Assembly (NCBI GenBank): GCA_001244265.2
Contig: CDLV01000012.1
Coordinates: 186,001-250,000 of the forward strand
Source of the DNA: Microbotryum violaceum
Taxonomy: Eukaryota
DNA: 64,000 nt
Direction of reading: 5' to 3'
The notes beneath the pieces were generated by a model. The model was not told the DNA's origin. It made no database searches and saw only the letters and a list, made by a program, of their open reading frames with translations. Each line of letters opens with the position of its first letter. The first letter of the stretch is position 1. Of the stretch, positions 51,400-64,000 are shown piece by piece. Both the position numbers and the translations under genes were made by a program.

Positions 51400-53659
51400 A
51401 CCATCGCTGCGCTACAGGACGGGGTTCTTTTATTCAGCCCCGACAACGAAGCTGTGGACGAGCGCTGGGTGCTCGAAATGGGTATCATCCCGCGTGTCGT
51501 GATTCGTGCGACCTCGGCTTTGGTGCAAGAAGTGTTTGAGGTGGAGCAAACACATTTTGTCAGTATGGCCCAGCGCGCCCAGTCATCAGCGAAAGTGATC
51601 CGGCCTGGCCAGGACAAAGCCACGCGAGACCTTTACCGAGATCGTCTGAAGGAGGAACACAAGCTTGTCATGGCGACGGGCGCTCGCAGCTGGGTGCAAG
51701 GCATGGCACGACAGGTGCGTCGAGTCCCACTAATTACGCCGAAATCTTACCCCGCCTGACTCGATCCCTGACCCATCTCAACGCGCTCAATCCGCGCAGA
51801 CAGGCTCAGGAGCCCGCGAGTGGAAGGCGCGGTCGTCCAAATTTCAAGCTCGCGGTCGCCGCGGCCGAGCGCGCGCCCCGCACCGTTGTAACATCGACAA
51901 GGTTGGCAAGTGCTGTAAGTACTCGCACATAGAGAAGCAAGACCTGAATTCAAAGCACTGCACTTCCTGGCCTGCGACAGGACCAAGTTTGACAAGAGTC
52001 AAGTTCCGTGGGAGCGTGTGTTGGTGCCGTTCTCATTCGGCGTGTCCAACCCAGCACCTCGTGGTGAACGTGGCCGCACTACGTGAAGCGTGCGCCTCAG
52101 CTCGTCAAGTTGATTCTCAATCTGCACGACCACGTCCTTCCCCGACCGAGCCGCAGTTGCTCCCGGTTTGGCTGTGAACGAACACGATGCGCACTTGGTC
52201 GTCCTCGACCACGACGTGTGTCGGATCGCGGTCATCTCGGACTACTGGGGAGCGGCTATGGCGAGCTCTCGGCGACGCTGTCCATTCTCTTGGACCTGGA
52301 CGTATACTCGGCCGGCCTCGCACCGTTCCTTCGCTACAAATTCCCGCTCAGTGGGGGCGTCACCGCGGTCTCGTTGCTCAGCGCTGTGTTTCAATCGAGC
52401 TCACAACACAGCAATCACGACCAGCAGCCAGTAGAGACCCCAACAAGGCTGGTCGGGCGCACGGTCGCATTTGAGGACGAGGAGCCAATCGAGCTCGTGT
52501 CGTGCTCGACTTCGGACAGCAACTCTGTTCTTGGGCCGTGCACGACCGTCTTTCGCTTGACTCGCCCAAGCCTCCACGCATTCGAGGGGGAAATTGGCAG
52601 CCGCTCATTCGTACTGCAAATGCAGCACGTCACGCCGAACTTTGTGGGAGGCGAAGCGGAGATGCTCCGATCGATCAATCATGCGCATGACTCGGGTGTT
52701 CTCCCGTCGGAGACCGTCAACCATGTCGCAATGCTTGAGGTCGCGACGTCTCTGCGCCAACATCGCTCTCAGGTCAACGACCACCTCTTGCCTAGGAGGA
52801 AAGCGACCGGTATACATGGCTACGATCGCGACAATATGCTCAGGATCAAAGCGATCCGGCGCCCCCTCGATCTGCTCATCTTGCGCAACCCGACCCCTGT
52901 GCCCAGAATTCTCGCCAGTGGGCCCGGCATGTCTCTCGACTCACCCGCGCCGCTTGAGCACGTGCTCCAGGTTTTCGATCAACTTCTGACCGTCTTGGTG
53001 GCTCTTCGCCGTTGCGGCTTCTACCATCGAATTTGCCTCTCGACAACATCCTCCACCACGAGGGCCACGTTGTTCTGTCGGGTTGGGGCGGCGGCGTGGC
53101 GGCTCGACCCGGCGAAGTAGTCCCCGCCAGAAAAATCGACGAGGATGGCGGACTGTGGATGACGTGCTGGACGGCCCCTCTGAATGTGTTGAGGTGGAGC
53201 TTGCTCGTGCCGGGTGACGACCTGCCCAACTATGATCTCTCACACGCGCTCGAGTCGTCGGTTTATTGGTTCTTGCTTGTGCTGGGCCAGCTCATTGCGC
53301 CAGCCGGAGAAGCCATTTGGTCCGAAATGTTCTTCCAACCCGACCCGGCTAGAGACCGCGATCTCACGAGATTTTCACAGCGCCGGACGCTTTGTGGGCC
53401 GGAGAGCCGAATTTGCACCCAGGTTCCGAGATCTCCTCCTCGCTTCGATCGGTCACGCACTTCCTGCACTCGCGGACTTGGTCGAATAATGACGCGACGG
53501 TGGCCCAAGCTCGATGCGCGTCGAACCAAGACCGAGACGGCGAATGCAGCGGTCCAACGCCGAGTCCGAAAGCTAGCGCAAGGGGCTGACCGGCGAGGAA
53601 CGCTTGGGACATTCATAGAAGCAATGAGCGACGTATACCATTCCTGGGTTCGCGCCTGA
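51400..53659 (+). pseudogene. Fungal-type protein kinase (FunK1/Pkinase_fungal-like) pseudogene; start approximate
   Basis: TTVFRL, EAEML, GFYHR then frameshift to LPLDNIL, and YDLSHALESSVY. Frameshifts near 52250 and at 53030. Confidence 0.65.
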
Positions 53660-55042
53660 ACGTTTGAAGGGGCACACGCGAGGCAAGAGACGAGGCTTTG
53701 GTCCATCGCCCATACCGGCGCCAGTCAGAGACTAAAGGACTGGCTCCGGCAGAGTTCAGAGGACCGCCTCCACTCCTAAGTAGATTGTGGCCGGTTTCTC
53801 ATTCTCTCTCTGCGCTCTCGCAACGTAAGGGCTAATACTCCCACTCGGTTTCTGGCCTCTGGTTATAGTCAAGATTCCGAGTCTCGAACGTTCCCATCTA
53901 CCTTTGCCTCGTTTCTTCTTTCGTCATCGTAACTCCTCTTGAACCGTCGTCTTCAACAACCCTCTTCCCACTGTCGTTTCGTCTCGGTCTTGCCTAGGCA
54001 TTCATTCAAGGACGGTTGCTCCTTTTGTCAGAGGATCATCGCTTCGGATCTCTTTCTTCGAGCCCTCTTTGGGCGCGTGGCCCGCACTCCTGCTTTCCAT
54101 GACTGAGCCCTGACAGCGTTCTCTTTTCTGCTGGCACCTGTTTTGCACTTTACCTCGGTCATCCCTTGACCGAAAGTCTTGAAGCCAATATCGAGGGGTC
54201 CTTGGGCGTTATGTGCTGGCGAAACTTCCTCTTTTCTATCATCCAATTCGCAATGGTGTCAATTAGATACTGTGTAAATCGCATGTGCCGTGCCACCAGT
54301 TTTCAAAAGGTCAAGCGTTAGGTAGTTACTATAAGCCATAAAAATCATTACAGACTGAGAAGTTAGATAACGCGTTCACAGCCGCGATTCTGACAGGGGC
54401 CAGCAAAGCTCGCACGGATTCTTGTCACCCTTCTCTGCAAGTTTTTCCTTCGACTTATATGCTCAGCTTAAACATCATTACCTGTCTACCGTGTTGAGGA
54501 TTCGGTAGGTACTAACTGACACCTGTTTAGCTAGATTGACGTCTAAGTGGCTTGATTCTCGGGCAACGCTCGCCGCGCCGCCGTCGCTCCCATTCACCAC
54601 TGTCGACTTATGTCCAACGACGGCTAGGTATTTATGTTTCTTTATCCTATGCTTAGGTGCCGATAAGCCTTGTTCGAAGTACACAAATCACACAGGTGGA
54701 CTCGGAGCGGCTGCGGGTGCAATAAAGGTCCTTAGTCTCGGCGGATCACTGCATGTGCTGTAGAAAACGACGCTAGTGAAGTGGGAAGGGCTCAAAACTT
54801 AAAGGGTAGGAAGCCGGCGCGTCGAAAACCATAAGCAAGATACCTAATACCTACCTGCGTAAGTACTAAGCACCCGTGATACTACGGTCTTACATTCGTA
54901 TTATGGTACCTACCTAGGTCCACAATTTGGCAGGTAGGTGGTGCCTAGATATTCACCTGAGGTTCCGTAGGCTCGCGGAACTACGCCCTCATGAAGGACG
55001 ACGTCCCCTTGTTGGCGACTGTTCGGGCAAGCGTGAATGTCC

Positions 55043-55043
<1 letters not shown>

Positions 55044-55075
<32 letters not shown>

Positions 55076-55213
55076 TTTGTATTTCATTTGACCGGGGTCC
55101 TATTTTACTGTTGAAGTTGGCCACACGGACTAAATCGGGTCCCATTTTGGGGAGCCGGCACGTCCCACCCACGCGTGGTTGGTCAAACGCGCGCCTGCCG
55201 TGCTCCACCCAAA
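55044..55213 (-). mobile_element. Candidate retroposed relic: hairpin followed by A30 tail
   Basis: T30 at 55044-55073 on the + strand and an imperfect inverted repeat at 55146-55213. Confidence 0.35.
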
Positions 55214-55265
55214 TTAAAAAACTTCCGGGGAGTCGTCAGTTTTTGAGTTCCTTCGTCGGCAGAGA

Positions 55266-55306
55266 CTAGGCACCAGTGCCTACCTAGGCACCAGTGCCGA
55301 CCTAGG
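55266..55306. repeat. 18-bp tandem repeat with internal palindrome
   Basis: CTAGGCACCAGTGCC(T/G)AC x2 followed by CTAGG. Confidence 0.85.
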
Positions 55307-56268
55307 TAGATACTCAGCTCAGGAGGCTTCGATAATATAGGTACTGATCTATTTATCTAGGTAAATACTCTACATTATGCAGAGCTTCCGAGTCCCGGAG
55401 GAGTCCTTCGCAATTATTCACCGGTCACTTCGGCCGAGTTCTGGCCACAAAAGCACTCGGTAGCCCGAATTTGTTCTTGGGCATTGAATGTTGCGCATTG
55501 GCCTCACATGCTTGAGTTGTTACTCTCCACTATCGATGTTAGGTACCTAACTGCACCGTATCTGGGCGGCCGCGTCAGAGACCGCAGAATCCAGATATCC
55601 GACGGACTCGGACTCGCGCTGCCTGTTCAGTGCACTGCCTGGCCAGGGCGCACAGCGCACAGAGCTGACAGCTCCCTTCAAGCTCTCACGAATGGTGATT
55701 TACGGTCTTCAAATCCCCTTTCGCAAGTGAACTTGATTTCTCGATTTTTATACGGTGAAGGTACATATCTACTACCAGTACACCTAATTCGCTGTTCATC
55801 TCCGCTTCGTTTCGATGGCTCGCATGACTATCAAGTGTAGCTCCCGACTGCCGAGCTGGAGTCGGGCCCGGTCGGTGGTGGGCTCCATGACGCCGACTAT
55901 ATAATGGGTTGTCAATGTCTGGGCTTGTTCCTGATCTCATGTTAAGTGGTACGTACCTACCGGACTTAGGTACCGATCAACATCTACAACAGTACAAAGA
56001 GCGCGTGCCCCGCGCAAAGCAGCCACTGCAGTCAATTCCTATACCACGGGTTCCGGACCCGGAGCCCGCACACTCACATTCCTCATTTACTCAGAGGTAT
56101 AGATTGGCCCAGCGGCCCAGCGCGCGCGCCCGCCGCAGTGCCGATGCGCCGCATTGTCGACGACCACGCGCCGTCGAACGTCGAATTGTCGGACCTTCCA
56201 TTGTTGACCTCTTGCTTCTTTTGCCGGCTTCTCCTTCACGCGTCCAGAATCGTGAGCCGCCGTAGAGC

Positions 56269-58082
56269 ATGGGGCTCAGTCATCCATGTACCGCCATGCT
56301 GCTGGCCTTCTTGGTTGCTACGATTACCGTCAACGCATCGTCGCTGCCACGACCAGCGTCCCAGTTAGGCCACTCGCCTCAGCAGCCAGGTCGATTTCGA
56401 TGTCACAGGCAAGCCGTCTGCGACCAACTTCGCCAACCCAAATCGCAAGGTGCGATGCAGGTACCTCTCAACTCCGAATGCGTCAAGGACTATCGTTCAG
56501 GAGATTCATTTTGTGGTTTCTCTGGTGCCGCGTGAGTGCATGCTTGAGATCGTGCGGTATTCCCCCTACCCTGCCGCGCTCCGGACCGGAATGCTGCATG
56601 CAGCGTCGGCGTCGTCGGCGCGCGGGGTCGGTCGGTCGGTCGAAGCGTTGAAGCTTTGAAGTCCGGTGCTGGCCGATCTTTCTCGGATCCAGCGCTAAGA
56701 CGGAGCCGGGTGCCAGGCCAACTCTGCACTAATCACTGACCACATGCTTGAACCATGCAGATGCTCGAGCGATACCCAGTGCGATTTTGGACGTTGTAGC
56801 GGATCGCTCGAAAGTCCTGGCATCTGCCTGTAAGTGTCTGTCCTTCAAGTCCGAGGCCTGGACTCTGGCGCCTCTGGCGCGTTCCCGATATGCCGATCGA
56901 TCTCCTTTGGCCGCGCGCCGACTCGCGCGCCACCGCCGACGGCCCCCAAAACGTGTTTCCCTTCTCAGCCGAGTAGGCCTTACGCTGCGGCCGCCCGCGT
57001 CCGGCCGACCCGGAATACCCAACGTTATGAGAGACACCCCACCACCTCCTACTCCCATTCTGTGTGTGCGGCTCGTGCAATCTATACTGTCTCTATGTGT
57101 ATTCCCACCTCGTGACGCCAGCGATTGAGCCCTTGCGCATTTCGTATCAACTCTCTGACCAAACCCAAATTTGCGACTGCGCAAATTACTGACTGCGTCT
57201 GTTTCTGCTCACTCGGTTCTGTCCGAACGCGCAGTGGTGGGCTTGGCGACGCCTGTGAGGGATCCGAAGGTCCTGACGATGCCATGTGCGCCGGCAATTT
57301 AGGTTGCTCGGGCCAAGCGGGCGACGGTCGGGCTGTTTGTGGTGGCATTGGCGCCGAGTGCCTATACTCGGGTCAATATTCTCCAGAGGACACGCCGAAC
57401 AACGCTGCCTGCGTCAGTGGTGAGTCGCATGCCTCTTGACCTTCCGTCATTCGTTATGCCCTTCATAGGCTAATCAAGTTGACTTGATGGTGGGGATGTC
57501 AGGTTTCTGCCATCCGGTTTCGCTCGCATGCGAAGATCTCGACATGGCCGCAGGTCGATCTGGCTCCAATACCGCCGGTTATTCGGACGAGGACAACGCA
57601 TCGCAAGAGCTCGAGGCTCTGGGCCCCGTTGTAGCGAAAGAGCAACAGCTACGAGACCCGTCGGCTGCATCAAAGCCCGTGCCCCCAGCTCGAGTACCCG
57701 ACGGCATGACCTGCCCTAAAGGGCTTTCCGCCTGCCCACTTCGCGCCGAACGCTCGTCGATCGGTCACGTCTTTGGCTGCGTCGACACCTCATCTTCCGT
57801 GAACCAATGCGGTGGCTGCAGCCCCGTGAGCGCGGGGCAATCCCTCGCCAACGAAGACACGTGGCGGGGGGTAGATTGCCTCGCCTTGCGAGGCGTTGCC
57901 AGTGTCGCGTGCATCGATTCGAAATGTCAGATATGTGAGCCTCTGACTGGTTTGCATTGCTCCCGTCTTGAATGTACGCTGATTGTCTTTGATCTCGCAT
58001 CCATCTCCGGACAGTCTCTTGCGCCCCGAACTTTGAGCTGGATCGTCTCTCAAGATCTTGCCGCCCCACACGCTACTGGTAG
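56269..58082 (+). CDS. Secreted Cys-rich protein with C-terminal PriA/CPL1-like domain
   Basis: Signal peptide MLLAFLVATITVNA, FCGFSGAA|CSSDTQCDFGRC, GGLGDAC, CPKGLSACPL, CVDTSSSVNQCGGC and GVDCLALRGVASVACIDSKCQI|FSCAP. Confidence 0.85.
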
Positions 58083-58521
58083 ATGTCTTGCCACAACCTC
58101 GGGGCCTCACTTGAATCGACAATCTCTCTACCACCTTCGACCTCGCTTCATCGCGCCATTGCGGATGCACCTCCTTCACCGTACACGGCTTCCGCCGCTC
58201 CACCTCGTTGGAACCCTCCATTCGTACTGGATAAGTTTTCGCAGTTCTCTTTGTTGTATATTGAAAAGTTGAACAAACTTCGTATGTTTTTGCATTCTTT
58301 GGCTCGATCTCGATGCCTTTCTTCATACCAGGGTGCGTATCTGTTGTCTGTGCTCGTTTACATATATTTCCATTGGTATACTATTGAAAAGTGCAACAAT
58401 CTCCAAATGACTGAGAGAATTCGCGGTGCACGGCTCTACAAGAAAACTTCCGCGCGATGGATTGCATCGCGACTCTCGCCAATGTTGCCCCCGGTATTTG
58501 ATAAGAATACGTGCCCATGAA

Positions 58522-61500
58522 TCAGGTCTTGGCCTTCTTTCGCGCCGCGGCTGCGGCGTCTCGGTTGCTAGGTCGACCTCTTTTGGCAGCCGGTGCTTTC
58601 GCCGCCACGATCTGCGCGATCGGCTCGTCCTCTTCGTCGCTGTCGATTACAACGACTTCAGGCGGATCCTTGCGTTTGGCACTGATCGTGGCGGAAGCGG
58701 AAGCAAGGGCTGCAAGGGTTTCCTCCCGCTTTTTGGCTTGCGCAGACGGTGAGATCGCGGTCGAGGCTAGCGGGGCAGCTGCTGGACCAGATAGCGCCCC
58801 CGCAGCCGGGCTGTGGGCTGCAGTGTCATGGAGAGCAGCGCTACCGGTATTGTTCGGATCGTACTTCGAAAGTTGCGCTTTAGCCGCCATCAGCGTTCGA
58901 CGGTGGTCACGCGCGGCGACACTCATGGCAATGCACGGGGTTTCGAAATCAAAATTGCTTTGACGACCTCGCTCGAACGTGGCTTGATGTCCGGTAATGG
59001 CGTGGACGTGCGCTGCTGCGGTGCTGAAGGGTGTTGCGGCCACGGCGAATCTGTTCCCGTTTGCCGTCGTACCCGAGCTCGCCGGGCCGTTGTGTACGTC
59101 CATAGCCGTAAGTGGAGGAATGACGGTCACGATTTTCGCATCAAACCAGGCAAGGTCAAGTGGCCCGCTGTTGTGACGAGTCGTCTGAGGCGGTCCCGGA
59201 TCGGCATGATCAACAAGATCCCATGGGTTTGCAACAGGGAGAGTCGAGCCAGCTGCGTCGAATAGACGTCCGAGACGCAATTGGCCTGCTTGCGGCAGCG
59301 AGTCCAGCTCGACCTCGGGCGCGATGATGGACTCGATGGACGGCAGCCGAAGGGACGGGGCCGAATCTGTCAGGCCAAACAGCAGGTGGGAACAAGTATC
59401 GAGCAGCACGGACGACAGCTCGACATCGTTTGGACAGTCACGACAAGATATCTGTCGCAAAGATAGTGGAATGGCTCGTCAGCACGAGCTGAGGAAGGCA
59501 TAGAGCTAAGAGCAAGATAGACCCGAAACTCCGACTAGAGCGCAAAGACTTTATGGTAGACTTACAGCTGCAAGCTTGGCACACGGGATCAGACATCCTT
59601 TGAACAAGTCCACGGTCTCGGTAGCCGCTGGAGACACGGTCGTACTGCACCGGAGAGCGATAGCGAGCAAATGGGCCGAATGCAAGATAGCTTCTCGAGA
59701 TGAACTGACGCCTTCATCGACGAGCCCTTCGAGGCAACAACGGATCGCCGTCAGCAATTGGTGCAGTGGAGTGGGCTGGCTCGAAGCGGAACTGGACTGG
59801 AGTAGCGTATTGAGCAAGCGCCCTGTACAGCGTAACGTCGTCAGGCTGTGCGTGCGCCGCTCGATTGAAGCGGTCCTAGCGAGTCCATCGACGGCCTCGG
59901 CTAAACGGCTGAAGGCAACGCTGACGAGTTGATCTGAAGCATGCCCGTGGTAACACTTGACAATTTGCTCGCCGAGGTAGGTATGTCCTTCGCCCGAGCA
60001 GACACGATCGAGGAAGTGGCGCGACAAGGTGGTAAGTCCTTCCGCTTTCTCGGCGTCGGAGATGGTGTTGTCGAGGTCGAGGCGTTCGAGGCAGGCTTGC
60101 ACCTCCACCTTGGACACGGCCAGGCGCCAAGTCGTCAAACCAGAGAGGAAGATATCCCAGTCCTCGGTCGAGACGAGACTTGCCGGAATGGCTGTGCTGC
60201 TGTCTTTGAGAGTCAACAACAGAGCCGCGAGTAGCTTGGGACGATGCGAATTCGTCGCGAGCGGGGCGGCTCCAACGGCTGCGGTGTCGAGGACCGCCGA
60301 CGCAAAGACCTGAGGGTCGCGAACCACCGCAGTCTGAAACGCAGGCCACGAGTTGAGATGCACGAGTAGCATCCCCGTTGTTTGAGCACGTTCGTGCTGC
60401 CCGAGAGTAGTCCAGAAATCTTGTTGGACTGCAAGCGACGCGACGCACTTACCGAGCTCCGCTAGAGAAGCCTGGGTGAAGAGACTTGCGCATCGGCTGT
60501 CGCCTCTTTGACGTTGGAGCAGAGCTGCAGGCGTGTTAGAAAGGTCTTCGGTCGAGGCGGGGCCTCCGAAAGCATGCGAAAACCTCGTGATGAGACTGCC
60601 AAAAATGTGCGTAATCGTATCGAGGGCTTGCAACAGATTCGCATCCAGCGATGGAGCTTGGACCGAGGCGTGCGAGACGGGACTGGTTGGCGAGCTTGCG
60701 GCGTTAAGCAGCGTCCGCCAAACAGGGAGAATGACGAGCGTGATGAGCGCCGAAGGGGAGAGAATTCCGCCCGTGACGAGTTCTAGCAGTAGAATTGCGA
60801 CGCCTGAACTCAGGTGCGCTCCAAATGTGGCAATCATCGAGTAGGAGGGCATTTGTGCGATCCATTTGCCGATCTGCGCCTCCAGTCCGGTCGGCAGTCG
60901 TTCGTTGATCTCCCGCAAGAAACGTACGATCGTCGATGCCGAGACACCCGCGAGGAGCTGCACTCCGCTTTCGATCGCAATGACGGCCCAGTTCTCGAAG
61001 GCGTGGTAGCGGTACCAGAGGGTCGTTCCGAGTTGAGCGATCGCCTGAGGGGAGCTGTCGATCAGCAGCCCCTGCAGCTCGGGGAATCCCGCTGGCAGGC
61101 TCTGTTGTTGAGGGCGACTACTCGAGAGAGACTATCGAAACAAACACATAGAAGCCAGCCCACAGAGGTCAGCCCAAAGAGCGAGTCGGAGCTCCGTCGG
61201 GAAAAGAGAATGCACTCACGAGGACCAGTTCTTGATAATCTTGCTCGAGCTTTATCAGATTGGTTGCGTCCAAGCATTGCGCTCGCCCAAACTGTCGCAG
61301 CAGCGCTATGAGCCGCCTGTCGTTGATTCCGTTCGCTTTCAGACCCTCATGGGCAATCAAAAGAGCCTGTCCAAGGGTTGGCAGAGCGCCCAATGCCGTC
61401 CAGCAGTCGAGGTTGCCTTCTACCAGATCCAGCACGCAGGACAGCACATCGCGGGTTGGAGCGTGGATCAACACTACGAAGATGTATTGGAGCAGTCCGA

Positions 61501-64000
61501 AGTAATCTTCGACAGAAAGATACGCCTGGGTGAGTATCGCATGCTCCTCAGCCGTGAGAGCCATGTGTTCGTCTTTGGGCCGTAACAGTCGAGCCAAGCC
61601 CACCGGGATGATGTCGCGCTGCAAGACAAGGTGCATCCCGTTCTTGCCAAGGCCTGAGATGGCGCCTAGTAGCGTAGTGCAGTCACGGTCGCCCAGTAAA
61701 GCTGCAAGTGGATCACCTATCCAAACATGCTCGAGCGTGAGTTATCAAAGCTCCAAACAGAACAAAGTACCGCAAGGACTGACTTTGTCCGTCAACCAGG
61801 GAGGGCACCAGCCTGTACAGCTCTCGGGTGGCATCCTCGAGCAAGCGTTCGCTCTCGCTCCGACTAGCGGAGCTCACCTTGAGCGCCATGCGCTTTTTGG
61901 CTAACGGTCGACCAGACCCATCGTGTAAGGCGACAGACTTGAGCAGCTTGATATGTATGGACGACCACTATACATCGAAGAGAGGTGGGGAGGTCAGTCT
62001 GCGCAGGTGCAGGAATGAGTAAGGGGGGGGGGGGGGACTAGGCGATACATACTGGCTTGGAGGGGTGCGACGCTTCCTCAGTTTCGCCTCTCGCAATCAT
62101 GCGCTGCAGATACGACGAGTATCCGATAACATTGCATCGAATTAGCTCCTCGAGTAAGAGCCTAATCTCGGCGTCCTCATCGCCAGCTTTCCTCGCCCCA
62201 CCGGTTCGGGCACCTGAATCGATCCAGTCGATGAAGACTCGCTCGATGTCGACGCGAGGTTGTTCGTCCATGTCCATGTTTTGCTTCTCCATAGCAATCA
62301 AGGCAGCAGCAGCGTATCGCCTGTATGGGCCTGCCCGATCCCCGCACGTCGCCCAGGTGAACATCAGGGGCAGTTCGACCTGCAAACCACGCTTTCTCCG
62401 ACGCTTGTGGAACAGAGACTTGTGAACCTGCGCCAAGAGCGTCGGAAAAGCGATGGAATCAAGCAACTGGATCGTTTCGTTGTCGTCGGGCTCGGAGGAG
62501 TCCTCATCTTCAGTTCCTTTTGACGCCGCCTCTGACCGAACCTTGAGATCGGACATGTCGGCTCGCACCATTTGCATTAATACGGGATCCTCAAGGCCGT
62601 CCAATAGCTTCGTCAAGGAGGAAGCGTACTGCGACCACAATGGTGCAGCTATGAATGCATCCGGTAATGCTACAAATGTTGATTGGATCAACGAGGTGAG
62701 CGTTGATATTGTCGCGGAATAGATCGAGGTTGGTGTAGTTAACGACCAAAGGCTGTCCAGCCGCGCGAAGCAAGCCGCTATAAGTCGAGCAGAGAGAGGT
62801 TCGGATAAGAGGAATTCGCCCAGGTATTCCTCGGCAAGGAAGAGGGCGAAGGGAAGTTGACCAATGTTGGAGGAGTCGATCTGATTGACCAAGAAGCGGA
62901 GGAAAGAGTCGCTGTCGAGTAGATGCTCCTCGTGCAGAGCTTCGAGCAGTCGGAGACTGTGGGCAGCGGCGGGTCGGCTCGAGATTCCCATTCTCACTTT
63001 CGTTCATACGAACAACGAGACTCACGTGTAGGAGAACTTTGTGGTCCAGACATTCCTCAGATTAGTGTCCAACATGACGGGCTGCTTGGCCTGAGCTTTG
63101 GCACTGAGGCTCGTCCGCAGAGGATGCGTAACCGTGGTCGGTGAGGTCAAACTGGCTGCAGGTGCCTCATCAGTGGTAATCTCGGCAAGCTGCTTGCGCA
63201 CAAACTCTTGCACGATCAGAGTCCATTCCAGAGTATAAGAGGCAACTGCACTGGGTGCGCTTGCTGGTCGTTTCGCGATGTTGTTTTGCTGCAGGGATGA
63301 GTATGACGATGAGGTCAGGCCCATGTCATCAGATCCGTTCAAAGTAAGGCAAATTTGCTCACTATCTCGAGTGCACCGAACGCTCTGACGAACCAAATCG
63401 CTCTCGAGAATGGCACCTTCTTGGAGTAGAACATCTCGAGGATTTGTTGTCCACGGTAGCCGTGCGGCACGATCGAGAAGAGTTTGGAAAGGGGCACGGC
63501 TGGATTGGACAAGTCGGTGAACCATTGCTCCCGCTTGGTATCGGTGACAATATTGCGTTTGGGAAGCTTGAAGGACGGAGGACTAATTGAGGAAGGATAC
63601 ACAAAACATACCATTTACGATGAACGGTAAGTGGCTCGGACCGGTGAGTATGAGAGGAGAGACGAACGACGCACCCGTAGGTGGGGACCAGTTGCTGGGC
63701 CCTGTCCCTGACGGCGTTCGACAAGCGAGATAAATTGCCCAAGATGTCTTCGGATTTGAGCTTTTCGTAGATGAGCTGATGAGCCGAGAAGGTCTCGGTC
63801 TGTGGCATTACACAAGTTCGTACGACGTCATGATGACGGGGTGATCAGCACAAGGCCATCGGTCGTACCGACGTGTTGCACTTGGGGGTCAAGGCGCCGA
63901 GCCGACATACCTGCACGACGTTTTTGCCCCCAAATCCCGTTTTGACGGCGGTTTCGGTCAGTTGGTCCTCCTCTTGTCCGTCGCACGGTGCGTAGAACTG
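58522..64000 (-). CDS. MED12: Mediator kinase-module subunit Med12 (Srb8), 5' end beyond window
   Basis: FKLPKRNIVTDTKREQWFTDLSNPAVPLSKL..VPHGYRG...VPFSRAIWFVR and EDQLTETAVKTGF, with long helical exons downstream. Confidence 0.92.

Noticed and set aside
51087-51623. Asp-rich minus-strand ORF
   Set aside because: It mirrors a TCGTCA-rich low-complexity stretch, so the coding strand cannot be determined.
55266-55306. CRISPR-like palindromic repeats
   Set aside because: Only two adjacent units with no spacers, in a eukaryotic context.

Overview
Intron-rich, GC-rich fungal DNA. GTRAGT/CTRAY/YAG splice signals and the gene content point to a basidiomycete yeast, probably Microbotryomycetes (inference). 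Recognisable genes in order: eIF5-mimic (BZW/5MP), START-like protein, bZIP factor, SMG6/Est1-type PIN nuclease, an intronless bacterial-like ketopantoate-reductase homologue, proteasome beta3, Atg27, Zn2Cys6 factor, GH13 alpha-glucosidase, multi-KH protein, glycine-rich RRM protein, SRP54, Crz1-like C2H2 factor, a 5-exon XRCC4/PAXX-like candidate, a PriA/CPL1-like secreted protein and a truncated MED12. Accessory zones at about 40-42 kb and 48-56 kb hold an F-box relic, a 73-nt non-canonical tRNA-like gene, a frameshifted fungal-kinase pseudogene and a poly(A)-tailed hairpin relic. The most striking structure is the glycine-rich RRM gene (34315-36669). Its 181 codons are split over 12 coding exons, including a 4-nt exon and an apparent single-nucleotide exon (G35701) preceded by a ~300-nt AG-free zone. 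YGGGG repeats sit on separate micro-exons, and there are 5'- and 3'-UTR introns. All gene models were built by hand and need RNA-seq confirmation.
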